Shown: positions 25,867-37,210 of the stretch, one piece after another
How positions within the stretch are numbered: position 1 is the stretch's first letter
How the letters are laid out: every line of letters begins with the position of its first letter
Assembly: GCA_040954595.2 (NCBI GenBank)
Contig: CM082590.2
Location: 2,294,001-2,358,000 of the forward strand
DNA: 64,000 bases
Source: Balanoglossus misakiensis
Taxonomy: Eukaryota > Animalia > Hemichordata
Direction of reading: 5' to 3'
Notes under the pieces: model-generated
What the model saw: only the letters and a program-made list of their open reading frames with translations
Databases searched by the model: none
Told to the model about the DNA's origin: nothing
Translations under genes and position numbers: made by a program

Positions 25867-26265
25867 TAGATTCTCACACTCCTGGCATGCTGAGAGTGTG
25901 GGATCAGAGTGTGAGAACAAATCAATCCCACACACTCACTGAATCGAAAGCTGTATATGACGCGAGCGCCGATTGGATGACAAAGCGTTTTTTAATAATG
26001 TGCGCTAAATGTTATCCAATGACACGATAAAGAAACTACATGCCAGATGACAATTCAAGAGTCATTTATTCAATGTTTTAAGACGAATTTAGCTAATTTG
26101 TGCCCGTGTGAGAAATATAATCTCATACACAAAGGACCTATGATCATATTTCCCACACTCGTCAGGGATATTTTGTCCCACACTCGCCTGCGGCTTGTGT
26201 GGGACATAAAATCCCCAACTCATGTCAGAATTATGACCCCTAGTCCTTGGGAGTGTGAGATTCTA
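25867..26265. mobile_element. Non-autonomous DNA element with short inverted ends flanked by TTAA (possibly Crypton-type)
   Basis: ttaa|tagattctcacactcc ... ggagtgtgagattcta|ttaa, with an internal hairpin tgtcccacactcgcctgcggcttgtgtgggaca. Superfamily is an inference. Confidence 0.6.
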
Positions 26266-27214
26266 TTAATCTCACAACCTTAGGACCTGGGATAAGATTT
26301 CTCAGATGAGTTGGTGATATTTTGGCTTGTGTTAGTCAACATATACCTGATAAGTGTAAAAAATTGCGTCAAGGACACAGTGGTCCCATTCAGTCTACAC
26401 GGAGTACATATACACAGTCAGATCGCACGGTGCTCATTTGCATATGAAAGTTCATCAAGCGAGCGACCGTTAACTTTCAAACAGACGGCAATAGGCCAGT
26501 TTTCAAGGTGATTTTCAACTTGATTTTTACGCTCTGTTGTGCAATAAAATACCATGTTAGCTGGATAAATTACGAAAGTGATTCCCATTTTTCACTGCAT
26601 ACGTAAATTTTATGAAAATCTGTGGTAATAGTAAAAGTTTTTAACGTGTTTTCGGTGGTATGTTGGTGACCCCGAAAGAGACGTCCACAAACGTGTCAAA
26701 AATCATTTGAAAACGACCTCAGAAAGTAACCAAACTTTCCTGATAGAGAGGTCTAATATCGGTCCCAACATCCGTGAAAAGAAATTAATTTGAAATGCTT
26801 GCGTAACAGGAAGTGTTGCATTGATCGTGAAACGATAAGTTTACCATGGGGAAACAGTCTTTGAAAGGCAATTCTTAAGTAAAACAGTTACTGGATAATG
26901 GATAACACCCTAAGGTAACATATTAGCCAAGTTTTAACTTAATTACTGGCCTGATTTCGACACAACATCGATCAATCGCCTACAAATGTAGGTCCCATAT
27001 GGACAGAATGCCAGGTTTACCATACATGACTACGTACGTGTGAGGAGCACAGCTGGTGTATTTTTTTTTTCTCCGTATCATGGCCTGGGATATAAGTAGA
27101 TGTTTCGAATATGCAAAATGCCAACTGTAACTTCGAAACCATTTCCCTTTATTCGCTGATGATATGTGCAATAAATATTTGTGTCTGAAGGCAAGCAATT
27201 TTGTTTTGACTTTT

Positions 27215-27965
27215 GTTGTCATCATTGCATTGGGCTGAACATGACAGAGTTTGAGCTGATCAGCTGACTTCAAGTTTCGATTTGGAACATATAATTTGAT
27301 CATATCAGACAGATATGATGGTCCAAGTCTATGAATGAATTCAAAAATAAGAAATAACATCTTGAAAACAATACGATCAGACACAGGTAACCAATGCAAC
27401 TGAAATTGCATTGATGTAAAAGGTGATTTTGGAACTAGCAGCAATATTTTGAACTTGAATACGACTGATCTCGTACTTAGGGAGCCCAAATAAAAGTGAA
27501 TTACACAAATCTATTCGAAATGCAACAAAAGCAGGAACTTTATTGCTCTGTGGCGGCTTGAGATAAATATTTACAGACAAGTGCAATATGCTGCAAATGA
27601 AAAGCGACTGAATGGCAGATCTGTGCAATCATTGTCAGACAATGAACAGGTTTCAGAGCATCACATGAATTTCTGTAATCCCTCTGGCAGATAGATTACC
27701 CGAAGTAGCAGAAAAAATAACAAATTCAGTCTTATCGTTATTTAAACACAAGACATTTTCAGACATCCAGTACCGCATAAAGCATTCTGGGAGCATTCTC
27801 GTTGGTAAAAGACAATGAAGAGCCATCTGCATAAAAGCTATATACAGGCATCCATGACTAGAAACTAATTTCCCTAATGGAGAAGTGTACATATTAAAAA
27901 GTAGAGGACAAAGAAGTGATCGTTGTGTTACCGCAGTGTCAAGCGGATAAAATGGTGATTGTTTG
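27215..27965 (-). mobile_element. Degraded L2/CR1-group LINE reverse transcriptase C-terminal fragment
   Basis: Frameshifted motifs YTSPLGKLVSSHG, WMSENVLCLNNDKTEF, RIDLCNSLLFGLP and LHWLPVSDRIVFK..GPSYLSDMIKLYVPNRNL, typical of L2/Crack ORF2. Confidence 0.8.
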
Positions 27966-28091
27966 GAACACGGTTATAGTAACCATGTCTGAAATTAACA
28001 CATACACACTGGGTGCGATTGAAAAGGTATGACTGAAACCACAACAGGGCTGCAACCCCCAAAAGACCAAATCAATTTCTTTGATGATTCA

Positions 28092-28800
28092 TTAAATGTC
28101 ATCACAGTCACCATCATTGAAATCACAATCACCATTCTTTGAATTATCAGTTTGTTTTTCTTCCGTCCAGTTATATTCATCAGTCAGTTCGTCAAAGTCA
28201 GAATCAGTCTCGTAAATATTTCCCTCTTCTTCTCTTAAAATGTCAAATTCATGTGACTCCTGTAAAATTGCATCAATGCTATTTTCCATATTATGATGTT
28301 CAGTATCAGTGATTGGTGATGGTGATTCTAATAGTGGTGACTTATCTGTATATTTTGGGCATACCCCATACTTTTTCGATGTGGTACAGAATCCAGGATT
28401 CCCATTATGTGGATTACTGCAGTCATTACATCGACACGCAGGGCCACAACCATTGTGGGTCTTATAACATTTACAACATCTGCTATTACAAGTTGGCATC
28501 TTTTTGCAGCCACACCCTTTTGTTAGCAACTCCAAATTATTTTTCACTTTTTCCAAATTGGCATCACTGTCCTAAATAATATCAAGTTCGCCGTTGCTTA
28601 GTCTGTATCCATAATTATTGAATAAGGGAAACGTAACATGGCACTGATCGGCCTGGGACCATAACTGAGAGACCCAGCATGATCTTTTCCAGTGCAGTTG
28701 TAGGGCTTCAAAGGAAGGGATACATTCTTCCTCATACTGGATACGTGGGCAAATTGTTTCTCGTATATATGTAAGCCATTTGATGTGGTTATCTTTAAGA
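28092..28800 (-). pseudogene. Academ ORF C-terminus: PSFEALQLHWKRSCWV segment, Cys-rich CXC (Tesmin/TSO1-like) domain and acidic tail
   Basis: GCGCKKMPTCNSRCCKCYKTHNGCGPACRCNDCSNP in ORF 28092..28556, followed by a D/E-rich tail. Confidence 0.8.
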
Positions 28801-28819
28801 CTGTTAGTGACACTGGCTA

Positions 28820-29513
28820 CTTGTCGATAAAGTTCAAAAGGATGAGATGCATCAAATGCTTGGAAATGTTTCTTAACATAAACACTACCTTTTAAACGTA
28901 TGAAAGCGAAAATTCCATTCCCTACACTGTCTACTGTTGTGTCTATCAGTGTTCCAGGTATAAGGGTGCCACTAGTTATAAATTCAGAGTATTGAAAAAA
29001 TGTCTTGTAGAAAGATTTCCTTCCGATGCCTGCAAAGAATAGTCACAACCTGTGCATATGAACAGTGTTTGAAATATTTTGCCTAAATATTGGAGGGGAA
29101 TATGTTGCAAATCAGGGTCTAAATTTAAATCTGATTTGAATTGATTCATGTCTAAATAAGTGAGATTTGATAAATCATTATCAAGTTGTACAAATATCTC
29201 CTTTTGAACATGTTGATATAGTACTGGGAGGAGAACATGATAAGTATCGGTATCAGGGGAGTAAATAACACCTTTCTTGTAAGAGGACTGAACTGCATGA
29301 AGGATGCATCTACTGTCAGCTTCTTCATGACAACTTTTGGCTTCCCACTCAGACACAATTCCATAACTACCAACGAAAAGACTCTTGTCCCTATTTTCTC
29401 CATCAAAGCCACCTGCTGTAATGAGGACCTGATCACCTTGCAGAGCCGGCACAATTATTTTTAAAGATGTGGCTGACAAGAAGTTCACTAGTTTTCTCTT
29501 GTTTGGCTTACAA
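28820..29513 (-). pseudogene. Academ ORF: XPG/FEN1-like nuclease domain (N-terminal part apparently lost)
   Basis: NKRKLVNFL, CHEEADSRCILH, YSPDTDTYHV and LFICTGCDY motifs in and next to ORF 28976..29488; frameshift after GCDYS. Confidence 0.85.
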
Positions 29514-29519
29514 TTGATG

Positions 29520-30588
29520 TATGTTTTGAGCTAATATTATTGATTACCTATTTTTTATGCATTTTTTTGTATTTTTCCATGTTATTAGTAAAAAGTCTTC
29601 ATTTCTGAAAGTGATGGGCTTACTTCTTTGAAATTTAGCATGAAGCTTCCTAATGGTTGTCTGAGTAACCATAGTTTTGTTCAAATTGTTGCAAAATTTG
29701 CATATTTATAATTTTGAGCAATATTTGCCATTTTTGGTCAATTTATTTTTCTTTAAAACCGCATGCCAGATTGCTTTGCAATTTGGTAGGCATGTTCGTA
29801 GGTGTAAGTCAAGTAATATGTTGTAAAAAATGTGATATTTTCATAAATGTGTTATCGGGGAAACTTTTGCAATTTTTGTCAAAAATTGTTTTCCTGAAAC
29901 TGTTTGTCATATTGCATAGAACTTTGGCAGCATGTTCCTTGTAGTGATTGAGGTAAGGTATTGTACAATTTTGTGTTTTTGCCACTTTTGAACAAATATC
30001 TTTTGTGAAACTGCTTGTTGATTGCTTTGAAATTAGTTTTTTCTCTGATTGCTTTGAAATTTGGGATATAATTTCATAACACATACATGTATATGTGCAA
30101 CTTTTATTCAATTCTGATATCAGAAATATTCAATATTTAGCGAGTTTTTATGAAAGTTTCTTTGTTTTTGGTTAGCAAATCTTCTCCTTAACCAATTATC
30201 CAGTTGTTTTGAAAGTTACTGTTTACAAGGAGTCGTTACCCCCAACTTAGACATGTTTACATAACTTCAATAAGCCAGCTGTCAGAGAGACCATGGGCTA
30301 TTAAATTTTTAATTACCAGTGGCAGGTCAGTGTGTGTGTGTGTGTGTGTGTGTGTGTCTGTCTGTCTGTCTGTTCCAGGGCTGACTGAAAGAAGTTGCTT
30401 CTCATATGTGTTTGTACAGACAATTTTTGGTCAATTTTTGGGCATGTTCCTTGTTAATGTTTTTACATTCCATATTTCTATATCGTAAGATCATATCTGC
30501 TTGCAATGTCACCTGTAATTTTTATTCTGGTGTGTCACTGTTTCTACATAATCCTCAAATGGGACCACAGTGTCCTTGACGCTATTTT
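29520..30588 (-). mobile_element. HINE-like element (30253-30588) plus adjacent degenerate repeat, interrupting the Academ ORF
   Basis: Begins aaaaatagcgtcaaggacactgtggtccca, contains an (acag)n(ac)n microsatellite at 30331-30372 and a short agcc..ggct stem-loop. The transposase-like reading ends at ..IFSDDTA. Confidence 0.65.
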
Positions 30589-31175
30589 TCGCTGTGTCAT
30601 CTGAAAATATATTAGTTAGCTCCCTGGCGGTATTAAGTGGTGAAAATACATCAGCACCTTCAAGACAATTGATATACAACCTGCAGTTTGACTCATTTAT
30701 TTTATGTACGCTAACTGAATTATGGGTTTCATTTTGGAAAGGAAATAACTGATCTTTTAGATTCTTGGCAGCCATAGCTCTATAGGGTAAATAAATTGCT
30801 ATTCTCTCCATTAACCCACCTGTAGAAGTATGCAATGCAGCTTTAACATCTTTATTGACACACATTTCATGGGCTTCATCTAGTGCTACATTAACCCAAG
30901 TTGAGCCTGACAAATTGCAAACAAAACCACCTGCTTTGAAATGTAACAACAGAGAGTTTGGCATCTTCAGAAGGTCAGCGAGATGTCTGGGAATTAACCT
31001 CAAGTACAGGGATCGGTCATATGCATGGAACAGTGGGTTCATTTGTTTCAAAGCCAATATTCGAAGGTTCCAATTTCCTGACCTTATTGCATTGTACAAA
31101 GACATGTATGCAAACAAATCTTCCTCTATAAATCTAACCCAAAATTTGAAAGTTTTGTCTGTATTTGCCCTTCTG
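30589..31175 (-). pseudogene. Academ transposase C-terminal catalytic region (candidate E)
   Basis: DKTFKFWVRFIEEDLFAYMSLYNAIRSGNWNLRILALKQMNPLFHAYDRSLY...GGFVCNLSG..VALDEAHEMCVNKDVK. Confidence 0.85.
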
Positions 31176-31790
31176 CACAGTACGTGAAATATCCCATGAT
31201 TCATTCTGATTTGTACAATCATTTACTCAGTCAAACCAGGCAAAGTTAACATGTGTAGAGAGAATTGTACACCACTAATATAAATTTTGAGATCTTACTT
31301 TTAAGGTGAATCTTATTGTCAATTACCATTTCAAATGATTTAGAAAATTATGCATTATTGAGAGAGGAGATACGAATTTTATAAAATAATCAAGCAATTG
31401 CATAGCCAGCCATACAAAAAAGTTTGGAGTAAAACAGGGTCACTTGTAAAACCTGTTTAATCAAACAAAAAGATATTGATTTTTTCTATTGACAGAACAA
31501 TGGAAATTTACATGTTAACTTTCAACAGAGACTGGCCACCTCAGTTAGTCATTGCTTGTTTCCCCTAAAGTGTGACATTTGCAGTACATTGATACTTTGA
31601 TTTCTATGGCTTTTAAATTTTGATTTTGAAATTTACATTCTAATTCCTCAACGTACTTTTCCTAGATAAAAATAAATAGATTTATATGTACTTCATATCA
31701 TTGTTAGTATCTAAAACAGAAAAAGTTATTAAATGGGCAACCTTCGATGATACAAATAACGGAGACTTGTGGGTAAAATATCGTACTATG
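31176..31790. mobile_element. 615-bp non-autonomous element with 5-bp TSD and CAyAGTACG termini (Transib/RAG-like by termini)
   Basis: TTCTG at 31171-31175 and 31791-31795; ends cacagtacgt / tcgtactatg. Excision restores the in-frame reading QIFCDR-RANTDKTFKFW. Confidence 0.75.
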
Positions 31791-33446
31791 TTCTGTCACA
31801 AAAAATCTGAAATTCCTCTTGCAAGCCAGTAAGTTGAGCCTTAAGGTCACCATTAATTTTGTCAATATGATCAGCTTTATCTTCAGTACATTCCAAACAT
31901 TTTGTGACAGCTTCTAGTAAACATTTTTGGACTGTTTCTGTATCTAAGGGACAGTGCTGGGTATTATGGGTTTCACCCCTCTGATTCAAAAAGGAATTGA
32001 CAAGACATCTAAACATACGTTCCCAAATTTGTGTTGGGAAGCGATGAGTTAGCTTGAAATTTGTACACTGAACTAGGGTTTCCGAAGTTCCCCCTTTATG
32101 ATTGAACCCTGCCAGATGTTTTAAGATGGGTCCCTAGGATCTTTTTGCTCGTTGCTATGGGCCTTTATAGGACATTACACCCCGATTTGGACTAAGCCGT
32201 TTTCAGAGTCTAACAAGGGGCTGGTAACTAGTTGAAAATCTGCACGATTGTGAGCGCGCGCCCCCTGACGCCATTGATATGCAAATTAGCTAGGTCAAAT
32301 TTCAAAAGCCTAAGGCTTTTTATTCCGTGACCTCAAAAACGAACTTGATACGTATTCATTAGTTGCTTGAACCAGGGAAGATCGTGACGGATTTTGTTTT
32401 CGAATATTATCGTTGTATCCTACGATTTCAGCATACCCGTACCACATCTGAAAAAGTCATCGATTTTGGGTGTTTTTGGACGCACTCTTCCACCGGTATC
32501 GCTTCTTAGCACGACGAAAACAGAAAAAACGATCCGTCACACTGTGCGGAAGTACGTTCTCAACAAGCAGGTCAAATTTGACTGGCGTACGTGGCCTATG
32601 AAAAAAGCCTTAGGGATTTTCGTGAACGGTACAAAATCTCTGTGTACAAAACATTGGATTTTTAGCGTTCGATCCAGTTACTGTGGTTACAGGACGCGCA
32701 CGCTATCGCTGACCGCTGCTTTGCCGTATTAGCGTGGCGGCCTATGGCCGGGCGGTAGCTGCCGTAAACATACTCGGACATGGGGTGTGCACACAATCGT
32801 GCAGATTTTCAACTAGTTACCAGCCCCTTGTTAGACTCTGAAAACGGCTTAGTCCAAATCGGGGTGTAATGTCCTATAAAGGCCCATAGCAACGAGCAAA
32901 AAGATCCCAGGGACCCATCTTAAGTCAGCATCCCAGAATATTTTCATGATGACTGGTTGGTAATTTTTTAGATTATGCCAGTCTCCGATAAAAGGCTGCA
33001 ACCAGTCTAAATCTGCACCATACATGTCTTTTAACTTTATCAGGTGATGGAAAGTTTTCCCATCACCAACCACAACCAGGTATTTTATTCTTACACCAAC
33101 TCTGAATGTAACATATACAGCTTATTGATAATGTTATGGACAGTTTCAATAGAGTCTGCGTGTTCACTTGATATGCCCAAATAAATGACATTTGAGCATT
33201 CACTGTCATTACTGTTAGCAGTTGTTGCTAATGTTGATTTAAAATCCCCAAATACTGTTTCTATATCAGCTCTGTGCATTGTATTTTTTGTAGAGCAAAA
33301 ATGAATGCGTCAGAAAACAGTTCTGACCAAGCAATGGCTTCTTCTTGTTTAATGTCAAAATCTGACAGCGAAATTGATGACTGTGGTTGATGTTGTCTCA
33401 GTAGAGGTGGTTTAATTAAATACTACATCATCATGAACAGTATCAT
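31791..33446 (-). pseudogene. Academ transposase middle region (candidate second D), interrupted by a MITE
   Basis: SISLSDFDIKQEE; SNVIYLGISSEHADSIETV; VVGDGKTFHHL..LDWLQPFIGDWHNLKNYQPVIMKIFWDADL|KHLAGFNHKGGTSETLVQCTNFKLTHRF; several frameshifts. Confidence 0.85.
32125..32919. mobile_element. 795-bp MITE with 128-bp TIRs and TTAA TSD (Kolobok-like, RR..YY termini)
   Basis: TTAA at 32121-32124 and 32920-32923. TIRs 32125-32252 and 32792-32919 differ at one base. GA..TC termini rather than the piggyBac CC. Removal restores the frame WDADL-KHLAG. Confidence 0.9.
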
Positions 33447-35160
33447 ATGATAAACCTGGGGGTTTTATGTGGGAGCAACAGCCTATAAAATCCCATGGGG
33501 TTTTCTTTGGATACGATCGACTGAAATGTCTACTTTTGAAATGGGAAAAGAAAATTGAAAGGCTTAAAAGCGTGCTCAACATCTGGTCACGACGTAAGCT
33601 GAGCCTTTATGGCAAAATTACGGTTTTAAAGTCTTTGGCACTGCCCACAATTTACTACCTTATGCTTAATCTTGGTGCTTTTGAAACGTGGCTCACGAAT
33701 ATCAACCGTCTTATTTTCAAATTTCTGTGGAATGACAAGCCAGACAAAATCAAAAGGCTCACACTCATTGCCCCTTATGATTGCGGGGGACTAAACATGC
33801 CTGACATTTTTGCCATCCATGACGCCTTTTGTTCATCATGGGTTCGTAGATTATGTGACAATTCCTCTGCCAAATGGAAGGCCGTGCCACTGCATTGGCT
33901 CGGGCACTATGGTCCAGATTTTCTTATTTTTCATTTCAATTTTAGCAACATTTCCTGTTTCCCATTTCTCGAGAGAATTCCCTTTTTCTATAAACAAGTA
34001 ATTTCAGCTTGGCATAGTGCAAAAGGTGGTTGCGTCACTTTCTCCAAACTCAGTAATTTAGATGTGCGTAATCAAATTATCTGGGGTAATGTCAACATTT
34101 CAGATAATGGTAAGACTCTTTTTTTCCCTGGTTGGATTCACTCAAATATTATCTATGTCCAGGACATTGTCGATACCAACGGCGATTTTCTTCCACCTAC
34201 ACTGTTGTTACAAAAACTCGAGAATAAGTCAAATTGGATAGTTGAATGGATGAAGTTGCGGAATCTTATTCCCAGAGAATGGAAGTCTGTGTTGAAAGGT
34301 ACTCAGTTGCATCAGATGCGTAGAGAAAAGAATTTTCTTCATGTCAATGGAAAAGTTTTTGTTTTACCTAATGATCTGTCTCGCCTTACTTCAAAATTTT
34401 TTACAGTATTTTTGTGCAAAATCGTTTTATTCGTCCATATTGTGAAAATACATGGAATCGTCGTTTGACCATGACTACTCCACTACAGTGGAGAACTATA
34501 TGGGTTAACCAAACGACTGGATTGTGTTGTGACAGGAAACTTGCTGAATTTAACTTTAAGATTATGCATAACATTTTGCCATGTGGCATCAATCTTTTAA
34601 GATGGAAAATTAGTAAAAATGATCTATGTTGTCTTTGAAATGTAACTGATTCTGATGAGCATCTATTTTTAAAATGTCAACGTTTAGGGGATTTTTGGCA
34701 GCGTTTATCTGCTTTGCTCAGCAAACTTGGCATATGTCATGAGGTCGACTTAGAAACTATTATTCTTGGTTACAAAACTATGTACAGTCATCCTCTTTAT
34801 AGATTTGTAAACATTGTCATTACTATTGCAAAGTATTGTGTATTCGCTTCATGGGTCCATTTACAACATGATATTAACAGCATTAGAGCAAAAACCAATT
34901 TCGATATATTTTACAGATATCTACAATTTATGCACCAAATACTCAAAAGGAATAATAATCTAGATTTCACCCATTATTGGAAGAAAATCCTTGCTTCCGT
35001 CTGAGATGTAATTATTTTGTTAAACAAATGTACCTGGTGAATCTCTTTTTATATAGAGTTATTTTTTATTTATTTATTTATTTATTTATTTCATCAAAAC
35101 ACGATTTATCTTTATGATACATGTAAGATTAAATGAATGGAAATAAAAAAAAAAAAAAAA
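33447..35160 (+). mobile_element. 5'-truncated L1/Tx1-clade LINE (ORF2 post-RT region and zinc knuckle), with poly-A and TSD
   Basis: WEKKIERLKSVLNIWSRRKLSLYGKITVLKSLALP..FKFLWNDKPDKIKR..GGLNMPD; CCL*NVTDSDEHLF. Poly-A ends at 35160. TSD tgaacagtatcat at 33434-33446 and 35161-35173. Confidence 0.92.
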
Positions 35161-37210
35161 TGAACAGTATCATTGAATTTTTTCTCCGTAAATGTACAGG
35201 CTTTACTCACAGGTGCACTCAAACCTGTACCAGTATTTTTTGAGATAGATCTGTCAACCATGATTTTAGTATTATTTCCACAAGGAAAATTGGCCAAAAT
35301 TTTATTCATTTCAGAGTCTACTGTATTTTGTGAACAAAAGCCACTGTTTAATTCCTGACACCGTTCAAATGAATTCTTTGCATTTTCACTCACCAGACTA
35401 TCTTTTCTTTTAATGAACTGCCTGTTAAGAAGCAAATCATAATGGCCTGGTTGACCTGGCCTGTCTGGTGTGTACAAGAGACAGACAGGCTCAGTCTTGG
35501 AGAACACATCACCATCACCTCTTGCAAATATATCATTCTGCTTGGTGTATATATGTCCTTCAAAGTATATATGATTGGCACGCATTATGTCTACTGTATC
35601 TGCTCTTAACTTGTCTGTGAATATTTTCTCTCGGTCAGCTAAAATTGGGTCAGAAGGGAGTCCATTAAGTAGACGATCACAATTTCGTAATGCAAAATCA
35701 TTTCTCACAGAGATGCTCCTGAAAAAGCACCTTCCATCACCATAAATGTTGATTAGCTGAAAATCTTTGACAGTTGAATGTTTGTCATGACTGCCAAAAT
35801 CAATATCATCAATACTGTTCAGAATTGACTTTGATTTTGGTTGGACCATTCGATAAGAAGTACCGTGGAAACCTCTGTCCTTTGGATCAGCTCTAACAGC
35901 TGCATATTTAGCTGATTTATCAATATTGTCAATGGAAGTTAAACAAAATGCATTATTTGCAATATTTTCCTCTGTGAAATCAGCTGATGTTCTTTTGTTG
36001 ATCACTCCCAACATGTATCTATGCAATGTATCTCCAGAACAAATAATACCAAATCAATTTAGAATTTTCACTAGAGTAGATGACTTACTATAACCTTCAA
36101 CAATGTCAGCCAGGTAAGTATGCAATGGGTAAGTACAATGATCAGAACAAATGAACAATAGCATACACACAAAAGAAACGCCTGAGGAATCATGCTCTAC
36201 TCTCCATAGAGTGCCGGTCATAAAATCCATAGTTGTGTTTATTCCATACAAAGTTGGAGCTTTTTAATTTATTGCGTTCACTGTTGTTCAACGTTAAATA
36301 TACAACAGTGTTCCATAACATAGGGTCAACCTCACTGACAATATATTCAACATCAAGTGTACTCAGATCAACATTGTTTGTTTTGCAGTAATTACTGAAT
36401 TCTTGAGATTGCTGATAAATGCTGGCATTTAATTTCACAGCCACCAAATCAAGCATTTTGAAAAAGTCAACGTCAACTTTACTCAAGTCTCTTACTTGCT
36501 TTTCAAGCCTCTCTATCTGTTTCTCAGCTTGCACAACATACTGAGGATGTTCGACAAGTGCATTTTGGAGGGCAATAGTGAGATCTGAACCTGTTCGGTA
36601 CAAAAAGGTGGAGAACTTTCTACTCACTTTTGATACAACAGAAAGGTGAATTGGAAAATACACACATAGCAATTCCCGAATAAGCCAGCTATTAGGTTTT
36701 CTGTGGAATTCCACTCGTTGTAACTTGACATTGGGTCGCAAAGTCTGATATTCATTGTCTAAACAATCATTGAAATATTGCCTGACATCAAACAATAGAA
36801 TGGCATGTTTTCTGAGGAGCACTTCTCCTAAAAAGACAACAGTTTTCCAGCATGCAAAATTCACCAAGTCGTCGTCACAGCTGCATCCTTTATTGTAGCA
36901 TTGTGACATATTTTTTAATTTCTTCAGCAAGTGCTATATCACTCGACATAATTAAGCCTTGTTGAATACTACACCTGGCTTTTTCCGCTAAAGCAACAAA
37001 TGTTTTATAACATTTCAAACAAATCAGGCTGTCTTGAGTAAGGGCAAATGGTGTGTTAGTTTGTTGGTGAAATGTTTGCACCATTTCAAAATCAGGGATT
37101 TTAAACAAATTGTTTGCCCGTGATAAGCACGAAGTACACAAGGGATGGCTTTTTCTCATAGCAAGGATGTAGTGACGTTGACACAGTGGAAATGATGAAA
37201 CATCCTTTAA
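35161..37210 (-). pseudogene. Academ ORF N-terminal half: Zn-finger, transposase first D (SIDNID) and an inserted OTU-like domain
   Basis: LCQRHY..PLCTSC..DSLICLKCY; CTYPLHTYLADIVEGYSKSSTLVKILN; FCLTSIDNID..RGFHGTSY; IYGDGRCFFRSIS...LLY..GHYDLL. Confidence 0.85.

Noticed and set aside
26363-30588. Inverted match 26363-26390 versus 30558-30588 as TIRs of one element
   Set aside because: Both are heads of separate copies of the same repeat family in opposite orientation (a third is at 25239). The true TIR pair with TSD is 26415/37390.
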